Shown here: one piece after another, positions 54,648 through 62,480 of the stretch
How the letters are laid out: each line of letters begins with the position of its first letter
Numbering within the stretch: the stretch's first letter is position 1
Position numbers and translations under genes: made by a program
Assembly: GCA_049322315.1 (NCBI GenBank)
Contig: JBMORF010000082.1
Span: 128,141 to 192,140 of the forward strand
Length of the DNA stretch: 64,000 nucleotides
Reading direction: 5' to 3'
Origin: Thermodesulfobacteriota bacterium
GTDB taxonomy: Bacteria; Desulfobacterota; Desulfobaccia; Desulfobaccales; 0-14-0-80-60-11
Notes under the pieces: generated by a model
What the model saw: only the letters and a program-made list of their open reading frames with translations
Told to the model about the DNA's origin: nothing
Database searches by the model: none

Positions 54648-55424
54648 ATGAACCACACCCTTCTGGAGATAACCAACCTCAGCAAACACTTCGGGGGCCT
54701 GCCGGCCCTGTCGGAGGTGAGTTTCCGGGCGGCCCGGGGCCAGGTCACGGCCCTCATCGGCCCCAACGGCGCCGGCAAAACCACCCTGCTCCATTGTCTT
54801 TCCGGGGTGATCAAGCCGGATGCCGGGGAGATCATCTTCGACGGCCGCGACCTCGCCGGCATGTCCGCCCACCGGGTGGCCCAGTTGGGGATTTCCCGCA
54901 CCTTCCAAAATCTCCGTCTCTTTCCCCGGCTGTCAGTCCTGGACAACGTCCTCTGCGGCCTCACCGTCCAGGCCGGGGATTCCCTGCTGGACGCCCTGCT
55001 CCGGTTGCCGGGCCTGCGCAACCGGGAACGGCGGCTGCGGCTTACAGCCCTGGAGACCCTGGACAGTTTCGGCCTGGCGGATAAGGCGGCCCTGCCCGCG
55101 GGCGTGCTGCCTTATGGAGACAAAAAAAGAGTGGAAATGGCCCGGGCCTTCGTCTCCCAGCCGGTTTTGACCTTACTGGATGAGCCGGTCGCCGGCCTCA
55201 ATCCCGAAGAGACCGCCCAGATTGCCGCACTAATTCGCCAAATGCGCGTCTACGGGAAGACCATGCTCCTGGTGGAGCACGACATGGAGATGGTTATGGG
55301 GGTGTCGGACCGGGTAGTGGTCCTGGATGGCGGCTGCCGCATCGCTGCGGGCAGCCCCGATGAGGTGCGGATCAATCCCCTGGTGCTGGAGGCCTACCTG
55401 GGCCGCATGAGCGCCACCGCTTGA
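54648..55424 (+). CDS. livG: ABC transporter ATP-binding protein (LivG-type)
   Basis: 258 aa. Walker A GPNGAGKTT, signature YGDKKRVEMARA, Walker B LLDEPVAGL. Confidence 0.9.
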   Translation: MNHTLLEITNLSKHFGGLPALSEVSFRAARGQVTALIGPNGAGKTTLLHCLSGVIKPDAGEIIFDGRDLAGMSAHRVAQLGISRTFQNLRLFPRLSVLDNVLCGLTVQAGDSLLDALLRLPGLRNRERRLRLTALETLDSFGLADKAALPAGVLPYGDKKRVEMARAFVSQPVLTLLDEPVAGLNPEETAQIAALIRQMRVYGKTMLLVEHDMEMVMGVSDRVVVLDGGCRIAAGSPDEVRINPLVLEAYLGRMSATA

Positions 55425-55471
55425 GATTACACTGGTTGCGAAAAGTTATTTCCGCCCCCCCCTCAACCTGG

Positions 55472-55515
55472 CCCTCTACCCCCACTGGGGGGAGAGGGGA
55501 TAAGGGGAAAGATTT
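55472..55515. repeat. G/C-tract hairpin element (family copy 3)
   Basis: CCCTCTACCCCC-actg-GGGGGGAGAGGG followed by GATAAGGGGAAAGATTTTT. It marks the left edge of the island between livG and livF. Confidence 0.5.
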
Positions 55516-55590
55516 TTGGCAATTGCTATAAATGGCAAGAGGGCCAAGACCCTAAAGTCCCAGCCCTCTTTCACCAAAATTTCGTCGTGC

Positions 55591-56040
55591 TTATTTCATG
55601 ACAATATTGAGGCCCTGGGCTCCCAGGCTCAACTGCACGCCCTTTTGGGTGGCTTTCAGGTTGATGACCGTACCCTTTTCGTTCCGCATCAACAGGCCGA
55701 TCTCGCCTTTGATCACGGCCACGCCGGCCTGGGCCGCCACGTAGTGGCCCGGAAAGTCGGCTATACTCTTCATGTTATAGACGTCGCCCTTGGCGCTGAT
55801 CTTGCTGATACCCACCGCGCCGGCGTCCAAACCCCGAACCTGGAAGGTATATTGCTTGTTCTGGAACTTTATAATACCGTCCCCCCAGGTAACACCCACG
55901 CCCGCGGCTATCTGGGTGCTCTCCAGGGTCAGTTCCCCCAGGGGATAAGGGGTCTGGGGTTGGGCCCCTACCGCGTATGCCAAGCCGAGAAGCATCGTCG
56001 CCGCCGCCAGAATGCAAAGAATCCTTTTCATACGCATCAT
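55591..56040 (-). CDS. Small secreted beta-rich protein of unknown function
   Basis: 149 aa with a signal peptide (MKRILCILAAATMLLGLAYAVGA). The rest is Gly/Val-rich with alternating polarity. No confident family assignment. Confidence 0.6.
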   Translation of the reverse strand: MMRMKRILCILAAATMLLGLAYAVGAQPQTPYPLGELTLESTQIAAGVGVTWGDGIIKFQNKQYTFQVRGLDAGAVGISKISAKGDVYNMKSIADFPGHYVAAQAGVAVIKGEIGLLMRNEKGTVINLKATQKGVQLSLGAQGLNIVMK

Positions 56041-56478
56041 TCAATCCTCTCTTAAAAAAATTTTTCACAAATTAAGACCGTCCAGCCAAAAGTCAACCAC
56101 TCGGTCTTATATCTTATTCTTTTCGGCTTTCCGGTCCAGGTCAATAAAAAAATGCTCCCGAATGACCACTTCCGTTTATAACCTTTTGGAGAAGCGGCGT
56201 CCCGAGACGTTCTTTCCCTAAAATATTCCGTCAGGTTAACGGCTCGTTGGTCCGGACCACCTGGCGCCTGTCGCTGCTGAAACCTTGGGGTCTGATGGTC
56301 AGTTGCACCCCCGGGCCAACGGCATCCCAAGTTACAATAACAATAATATCGTTTGCTGACATGTCAAGGGGGGCGCTACCTGGTTGAGTTTGGCGACAGC
56401 TGCTTCACCACCGGCAAACCCGGCCAGGGTCGAAGAGGTGATAGGTATTGCAGTGAGGCTAGCAGATAGAGGATACTT

Positions 56479-56712
56479 ATGAGAAATTATATTATCCCAA
56501 GGAGCCGCAAATTGGATATCGATCATTTAACCCTGGCTCAGATAGTGGCGGCAATCCAGCAGGCCGCCAAAAACTGCCAGTGCGAAGGAACCCGGGAAAC
56601 CATTTTCACTTCCCGGGGGCGGGACAACATCGTTCCTTGTCTCCAATGCGAACCCCTATATCAAGCCCTGGAGCACCTGGAAGCCGCGGCCGCGATTCTT
56701 AAGGGTATTTAA
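56479..56712 (+). CDS. Hypothetical 77-aa protein with CxC...CxxC
   Basis: Track ORF. Cys pairs are NCQCEG and PCLQCEP. It lies inside the accessory island. Coding status is not independently supported. Confidence 0.4.
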   Translation: MRNYIIPRSRKLDIDHLTLAQIVAAIQQAAKNCQCEGTRETIFTSRGRDNIVPCLQCEPLYQALEHLEAAAAILKGI

Positions 56713-56784
56713 GCCAAAAGCCGCACCCTTAAGAATAAAGCAGGCGCGCCGCCAAGGGAGATTTCTTTTTCCCCAGAGGAGGTC

Positions 56785-57117
56785 TTGATGGCTGCTGCAT
56801 TAACCATGGGTACCCGGATTTACCGGCCGGCCTCCCTGGCGGGCCGGGGGCAGGAGGTGCGTCTGGTGCTGGAAAACCCCGCCATGGAACACTTCGATGA
56901 GGGCACGGTCATGCTCCGGGCCGTGCCGGACGGGGCCGGGGCTGAACACTGGCGGGTCATCCCCTGGGAGGCAGGGGGTGGCCGGGTCCTGGTCTGCGAC
57001 GAACCCATCCCCGAGGACTGGACCTATTTCGAGGTCCTCTTTGCGGACGTCAACTTCGTGGCGGTCTCGCCGGTGGCGGGGGAGCTGGAGGAACTGAGAA
57101 AGCTCTACCGTCCGTGA
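56785..57117 (+). CDS. Hypothetical 110-aa protein
   Basis: Track ORF with normal-looking amino-acid composition, preceded by GAGGAGG. No family recognised. Confidence 0.45.
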   Translation: MMAAALTMGTRIYRPASLAGRGQEVRLVLENPAMEHFDEGTVMLRAVPDGAGAEHWRVIPWEAGGGRVLVCDEPIPEDWTYFEVLFADVNFVAVSPVAGELEELRKLYRP

Positions 57118-57230
57118 ATTTCGAAAGCCGGACCGCCCGGGCCCGACTCCTGTACTGCAGCAGGCCGATCCATTCGTTAACTTCCGGCTACAACTGATAA
57201 AAAATTAGCTCAGCAAGCGTTACCTGCCCC

Positions 57231-57443
57231 TCACCGGCTCACCGGCTCGTAATAGGCCACGCCATCCCCCCACCAGGTGAGTTTATAGCGCCTGCCCTTC
57301 ATATCGATATGGGGCCGCACCCAGAGAATGAGGCGTTCTATCAAACGGCCGTGCAAAGGATGGGAAAAAACCGCGGTCACCAACCGGGTGGGTTCGTCCA
57401 CCACGTCGGGAAAAGGATCAACATGTAATTCCGGCATAGCCAA
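57231..57443 (-). CDS. Hypothetical 70-aa protein
   Basis: Track ORF, MAMPELHVDPFPDVVDEPTRLV... No family recognised. Confidence 0.35.
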   Translation of the reverse strand: MAMPELHVDPFPDVVDEPTRLVTAVFSHPLHGRLIERLILWVRPHIDMKGRRYKLTWWGDGVAYYEPVSR

Positions 57444-57638
57444 ACTTCTCCTGTAAATCTTGCGCCTTGATTGCCACTTCTATTTTTATAATATAACCTT
57501 ACCAGCAAAATTTTGCCAAGCGGCAGGGGAGTGAGCCTGAGTTTCCAGGGGCCGGGAGGGATTCTCCTTGGATTTCGAAGGTTCCTGGACAAACAAAATA
57601 TTTTCCATTATTTATTTACATCATTTAGGATAGTCACC

Positions 57639-57875
57639 ATGGTGCGGATAGGGATTTACTTGACGGAAAAGCAGCAGGCCGCGCTCCGGGACCTGGCCCG
57701 GCAGACCGGCCAGACCCAGAGTAAATTGATCCGCCGGGCCATTGACGACTTCATTGATCGCCATAAGGCTCTGGACCGCCGGGCCATGTTGGAGCAGGCC
57801 TGGGGGATATGGAAAGATAGAGACGATCTGCCTGATTTTCGCGCCTTGCGCAAGGAATTTGACCGCTGGGCTTGA
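57639..57875 (+). CDS. vapB: Ribbon-helix-helix (CopG/VapB-type) antitoxin
   Basis: 78 aa from ATG 57639: MVRIGIYLTEKQQAALRDLARQTGQTQSKLIRRAIDDFI, an RHH fold pattern. It is followed 12 nt later by a PIN-like ORF. Confidence 0.75.
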   Translation: MVRIGIYLTEKQQAALRDLARQTGQTQSKLIRRAIDDFIDRHKALDRRAMLEQAWGIWKDRDDLPDFRALRKEFDRWA

Positions 57876-57887
57876 CGTCTTAGGGGT

Positions 57888-58103
57888 ATGATGGTCCCGT
57901 GGCTATTGGTGGATACAAGCGTGATAGTGGATTATCTTCGGAACCTTGATGAAAATGGGGCTTATCTAGAGGCGCAGGCTGAAGCCCTTCCTTTTCCACC
58001 ATCACCATGGCGAAACTCTATGCCGAGATGTGGGAGGAACGCTGGGCGAACACAAGGTTCGCAACGTTGGCAATGCGAATGGTTGATCCCTTATGATGAC
58101 TAA
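57888..58103 (+). pseudogene. vapC: Decayed PIN-domain (VapC-type) toxin gene: frameshifted and truncated
   Basis: The N-terminus LLVDTSVIVDYLR carries the first PIN acidic residue. The expected ..STITMAKLYAEM.. segment is only readable in another frame after about 57990. Similarity ends at the REP unit at 58045..58062. The ORF is 71 aa, whereas PIN toxins are usually about 130 aa. Confidence 0.65.
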
Positions 58104-58791
58104 ATTAGCTGAAAAGCGGCGGCGTTCCATCCGCATACAGGGATGGGATTATTCCCAGGACGGGGCTTATTTCGTTACGGTTTGCACCCATAATAAAGAA
58201 TACCTTTTCGGAGATATTGTCGGGGATTTAATGCATCTCAATGCCCCTGGAGAGATGGTTCTTCAGACCTGGGAGGAATTACCGGCGCGATTTCCGGCCA
58301 TGGAACTGGACGCCATGGTCCTCATGCCCAACCATTTCCATGCAATCGCAGTCATTCGTAGGGGCGAACCTTGTGTTCGCCCTGAGCGCCCCGAATCTGG
58401 TTTAAGCCCGGAACCTGGTGTTCGCCCCTCTTCCACGCCCCTCGAAGATATTAGGCATATTAACCTTGGCGATCACCCGGACCAGGGCGATCACAAGGAT
58501 CGCCCCTACAGGAAACGCCCACAAGGGACAGGGGCGGAATCAATTGGGCGCATCGTCCAGGCGTTTAAATCCCTAACTACCCACCGATATATTCAGGGCA
58601 TACGGAAATCCGGCTGGCCGCCATTTAAGGGAAAGTTATGGCAGCGCAACTATTTCGAACGGATCATCAGAGATGAGAATGAATGGGAGCGCATTTCCGA
58701 ATACATTGCAGCCAACCCTGTGAATTGGGCGTTGGATCGGGAGAACCGGGAGGCGGGGAAGGTTAGGGCGGGGGAACCGTGGCAGGTGTAG
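58093..58791 (+). CDS. REP-associated tyrosine transposase-like protein (IS200/IS605 Y1 HUH family, RAYT-type) with a REP-derived insert
   Basis: 232 aa. WDYSQDGAYFVTVCT, the HUH motif MPNHFHAI, and the catalytic Tyr region LWQRNYFERIIRDE. Residues about 88-148 are encoded by three REP-like units (58358..58509). Confidence 0.85.
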   Translation: MMTKLAEKRRRSIRIQGWDYSQDGAYFVTVCTHNKEYLFGDIVGDLMHLNAPGEMVLQTWEELPARFPAMELDAMVLMPNHFHAIAVIRRGEPCVRPERPESGLSPEPGVRPSSTPLEDIRHINLGDHPDQGDHKDRPYRKRPQGTGAESIGRIVQAFKSLTTHRYIQGIRKSGWPPFKGKLWQRNYFERIIRDENEWERISEYIAANPVNWALDRENREAGKVRAGEPWQV

Positions 58792-58846
58792 AAATGGTAG
58801 GGAAGCAGTACCCATTTTACGTCTGTTTACCATATAATTGAAGATT

Positions 58847-59434
58847 ATGGAAGATGATATTCGCATTTCCTGGGAAAGGTTTTTAAACCCTGATGTTTTG
58901 AGAACTAATTTAATAGTGGCTTCGCTATATATAACTGCATTTGAAATGCTAAAAGAAAGTATAATAGAACGACCAAAAGAATATTTCTCAGTAGGTTATG
59001 ATAAAAATGGTCTAATTGTTGATGAAAAATATAATATAAAAGTATTGAGTTTAAATAAAAGTCCGCTTTATGCATCTTTATCTTGGCTAAAAGATATGGA
59101 TGCAATAGATAGTAATGATATAGATATTTTTGATAAAATTATAAAATGCAGAAACGACATAACCCATGAAATTGTTAATTATATTTCAAAAGGAGTGAAG
59201 ACTGATCCACTTCCACTTTTTAATTCAACGATAGACCTATTGCACAAAATTGAAAAATGGTGGATTCTAAATATAGAGATAGCTATTAATCCGGAACTGA
59301 ATGAAAAAGAAGTTAAAGAGGATGAAATTGTTCCTGGTAAAATCATGATTCTGCGCTTGCTTTTGGATATAGCATTGGGGTCTGAAAAAGAATCAAGACT
59401 CTATTACAATGAGTTTATTAAAAAGCATGATTAA
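58847..59434 (+). CDS. AT-rich foreign ORF, all-alpha-looking, with a candidate HEPN RNase motif (RNDITH)
   Basis: 195 aa from ATG 58847. Hand counts of 17 and 22 G+C per 60 nt at 58921 and 58861, against 44 per 60 at 59521. The motif KCRNDITHEI fits the HEPN Rx4-6H pattern with Asn after Arg. Its 3' end overlaps the livF start by 26 nt. Confidence 0.55.
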   Translation: MEDDIRISWERFLNPDVLRTNLIVASLYITAFEMLKESIIERPKEYFSVGYDKNGLIVDEKYNIKVLSLNKSPLYASLSWLKDMDAIDSNDIDIFDKIIKCRNDITHEIVNYISKGVKTDPLPLFNSTIDLLHKIEKWWILNIEIAINPELNEKEVKEDEIVPGKIMILRLLLDIALGSEKESRLYYNEFIKKHD

Positions 59435-61538
59435 AGATAATATTGAAACCCTACTCCACATCTCCAACCTTACCGTCCATTATGGGGCGGCGCAGGCGTT
59501 GTTTGGGGTGTCGCTCTCCGTGGGCCGGGGGGAGACGGTGGCCCTGGTGGGGGCCAATGGGGCGGGGAAGACCAGTCTCTTGAAGGCGGTGATGGGGTTG
59601 GCGCCGCCTTCCGGGGGGCAGATTCTCCTGGAGGGGGAGGACGTCACCGGCTCTACCCCTGCGGCCATGGCGGCCCGGGGGGTGGCTTTGGTCCCCGAGG
59701 GGCGGGAGATGTTCGGAGACCTGACGGTCAAGGAGAATTTGGAGTTGGGGGTTCTGGCCCTGAATATTAGCCGGGGGGAAATGCAGAGCCGTCTGGAGGA
59801 GGTCTTCAGCCGCTTCCCCAAGCTGAAGGAGCGCAGCAAGCAACGCAGCAACACCCTGTCCGGCGGGGAGCAGCAGATGGTGGCCATGGGCCGGGCCTTG
59901 ATGGCTAAACCCCGGCTCCTGCTCCTGGATGAGCCCTCTTTGGGCCTGGCGCCCTTGATTACTGACGAAATCTTTGAGATTATCAAACAACTCACCCGGG
60001 CCGGGGTGACCATCCTCTTGGTGGAGCAAAACGCGGCCCGGGCCTTGACCGCGTCCAAATCCGCCTATTTGCTGGCCAACGGCAAGATCGTGGGCCAGGG
60101 CCGGAGCGACAAGCTCCTGCTGGACCCGGAACTGCGCCGGGCCTTTTTGGGCGCGGGCTCCGGCGACAACCCCGCGGCTTCCCGCCTGGGCGCAGCCGGA
60201 CTTACTAATATCAGACTGGAAAAACCGGATATGAGCAAACTGACTTTTATGCCTCCCTTTAAAACCAGGGAAGAACTTGAGGAACATCAGCTTCAACGCC
60301 TGAAGTGGAGCATACGCCACGCCTTCGAAGGCTCCAGCTTCTACCGGGCCCATCTGGAGGCTGCCGGCGTCACCCCCGGCGACATCCGCTCTCTGGACGA
60401 CCTGCAAAAACTTCCCCTGACCACCGCCGACGACCTCCGGGACGGCTATCCCTTCCCTTTCCGGGCCGTGCCCTTCGAGCAGATCGTGCGTATCCACGCC
60501 TCCTCCGGCACCACCGGCAAGCGCAAAATTCTGGGCTACACCCAAAAGGACCTGGACGACTGGGAGCATTTCTTCGCCCGGGCCTACGAGATGGCCGGGG
60601 TCACGCCTTTGGACCGGGTGCAAATCGCGGTGGGCTACGGGGTGTGGACCGCGGGCGCGGGCTTCCAGGCGGGGGTGGAAAAATTGGGAGCCCTGGCCGT
60701 ACCCGTGGGGCCGGGGAACGTGGACATGCACTGCGAGTTTCTGGTGGACCTGCAAAGCACGGTGCTCTGCTGCACCGCCTCCATGGGGTTGCTCATGGCC
60801 GAAGAGGTAAATAAGCGGGGCATCGCCGACAAGATCAACCTCCAAAAAGTCATCTACGGCTCGGAGCGCTCCAGCGTCTCCATGCGCCGTAAGATCTCGG
60901 AACTCCTGGGGGGCGTGGAACTCTTCGACATCCCCGGCATGACCGAACTCTACGGGCCGGGCACCGGCATCGAGTGCCCGGATCACGACTGCATCCACTA
61001 CTGGGCGGACTACTACCTCCTGGAAATCCTGGACCCGGAGACGTTGCAACCCCTGCCCGAGGGCGAATGGGGGGAGATGGTGGTGACCACCCTCACCAAG
61101 GAGGCCGCGCCCTTGCTCCGCTACCGCACCCGGGACATCACCCGCATCATCCCCGGGCCTTGCACCTGCGGGTCCATCCTTCCCCGGCATTCCCGCCTCC
61201 GGGGCCGCACCGACGATATGTTCAAGTTCCGGGCGGTGAACATCTACCCCTCCAGCATCGACAAGATTCTCTCGGAGGTGCCGGGCTTAGGCTCCGAATA
61301 CCAGATCCACCTGACCCGGGAGGCCGGGGGCCGGGACCACATGCTGCTGAAGGTGGAGCGGGGCGAAGGGGTGGAACCGGGCCGGGCCGATGAACTGGGC
61401 CGGGAGATCATTTACACGGTCAAACACAAACTTCTGGTCACCCCGGAGGTGGAGGTGGTGGAGTACGGCGCCCTGCCCCGGACGGACCGGAAGAGCAAGA
61501 GAGTTTTTGATACCAGGATAACTGATTCGGTAGTGTAA
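59409..61538 (+). CDS. In-frame fusion ORF: LivF-type ABC ATPase (aa 1-248), 26-aa linker, then phenylacetate-CoA ligase (PaaK, from Met275 at nt 60231)
   Basis: 709 aa with no stop between the modules. LivF part: GANGAGKTS, LSGGEQQMVAMGRAL, LLLDEPSLGLAP, ..RRAFLG. PaaK part: EEHQLQRLKWSIRHAF..FYRAHL, IHASSGTTGKRK, YGPGTGIEC. Confidence 0.8.
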   Translation: MSLLKSMIKDNIETLLHISNLTVHYGAAQALFGVSLSVGRGETVALVGANGAGKTSLLKAVMGLAPPSGGQILLEGEDVTGSTPAAMAARGVALVPEGREMFGDLTVKENLELGVLALNISRGEMQSRLEEVFSRFPKLKERSKQRSNTLSGGEQQMVAMGRALMAKPRLLLLDEPSLGLAPLITDEIFEIIKQLTRAGVTILLVEQNAARALTASKSAYLLANGKIVGQGRSDKLLLDPELRRAFLGAGSGDNPAASRLGAAGLTNIRLEKPDMSKLTFMPPFKTREELEEHQLQRLKWSIRHAFEGSSFYRAHLEAAGVTPGDIRSLDDLQKLPLTTADDLRDGYPFPFRAVPFEQIVRIHASSGTTGKRKILGYTQKDLDDWEHFFARAYEMAGVTPLDRVQIAVGYGVWTAGAGFQAGVEKLGALAVPVGPGNVDMHCEFLVDLQSTVLCCTASMGLLMAEEVNKRGIADKINLQKVIYGSERSSVSMRRKISELLGGVELFDIPGMTELYGPGTGIECPDHDCIHYWADYYLLEILDPETLQPLPEGEWGEMVVTTLTKEAAPLLRYRTRDITRIIPGPCTCGSILPRHSRLRGRTDDMFKFRAVNIYPSSIDKILSEVPGLGSEYQIHLTREAGGRDHMLLKVERGEGVEPGRADELGREIIYTVKHKLLVTPEVEVVEYGALPRTDRKSKRVFDTRITDSVV

Positions 61539-61714
61539 CTTTTCAAGGTTGCATGCGAAGAGTTTAACCAAAGGGACACAGGGGTCGAAGAAGATTTGAT
61601 CGGTCCACAAGCAGGATTATTCATCATGCCCATCTTTTTGTATCCTTTGTGTCTTTGTGGTAAAAGCATTATAGATAATGAATTCCTTACCAAATTTGGA
61701 GGCTTAGGACAAAA

Positions 61715-62056
61715 ATGACCGGTCCAAAGACGGTCGCGAGAGATGATGACCCGGTGCTGCATGAAATCCTGCGCCGCCTCGTGGAGACTTTTCAACCGGA
61801 TCGGGTTTATCTTTTCGGGTCCAAGGCCAGAAGTGAAGCAGGGCCGGACAGCGATTACGATCTGCTGATCGTGGTTCCGGATGAAGCTCCCCCGGAAAAG
61901 AAGCGGAGCCGTTTGGCCTATCAGGCCTTGCGGGGCACCCGGGCCGCAGCGGATGTTTTGGTATGGACCCGGGAGGCCTTTGACAGCCGCCTGCACCTTC
62001 CCGCTTCACTGCCCGCGACGATCACTAGAGAAGGAAAGCTTCTTTATGCCGCTTGA
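61715..62056 (+). CDS. Minimal nucleotidyltransferase (MNT-type antitoxin)
   Basis: 113 aa. VYLFGSKARSEAGPDSDYDLLIVV is the GSx10-DxD nucleotidyltransferase motif. It overlaps the HEPN gene by 11 nt. Confidence 0.85.
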   Translation: MTGPKTVARDDDPVLHEILRRLVETFQPDRVYLFGSKARSEAGPDSDYDLLIVVPDEAPPEKKRSRLAYQALRGTRAAADVLVWTREAFDSRLHLPASLPATITREGKLLYAA

Positions 62057-62459
62057 CCCGGTGTTAGTGGCAGAAACCAAGGCCTGGCTGCGGAAAGCGG
62101 CTTCCGATCTCAGGGCTGCTCAGCATGACCTGACCGCTTCTCCTCCGCTTCTGGATGATGCCACATTCCACTGCCAGCAGACCGTGGAAAAAATGTTTAA
62201 AGGCTTCCTCATGTGGCACGGTGTCCCTTTTCGCAAGACCCACAGCCTGGAGGAACTTGGCGAGCAATGCCTTGACCTGGACGCCTCGTTGAGAGATATG
62301 ATGGACAGGGCAGTTCCCTTAACTGAGTTCGCCTGGAAGTTTCGCTATCCCGGGGAGCCAGAGGAACCATCCATTCAAGAAGTACAAGAGGCATTGGAGA
62401 TCGCCCGGGAGGTTCATGGGGCAATTCTGGCAAGACTACCTCTGGAAGTTCAGACTTAG
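62046..62459 (+). CDS. HEPN-domain protein (toxin partner of MNT)
   Basis: Likely start ATG 62046 (MPLDPVLVAETKAWLRKAASDLRAA). The HEPN signature context is FRKTHSLEELGEQC. Track ORF 61881..62459 over-extends the 5' end. Confidence 0.85.
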   Translation: MPLDPVLVAETKAWLRKAASDLRAAQHDLTASPPLLDDATFHCQQTVEKMFKGFLMWHGVPFRKTHSLEELGEQCLDLDASLRDMMDRAVPLTEFAWKFRYPGEPEEPSIQEVQEALEIAREVHGAILARLPLEVQT

Positions 62460-62480
62460 GAATAATAAATTGGCCACGTC

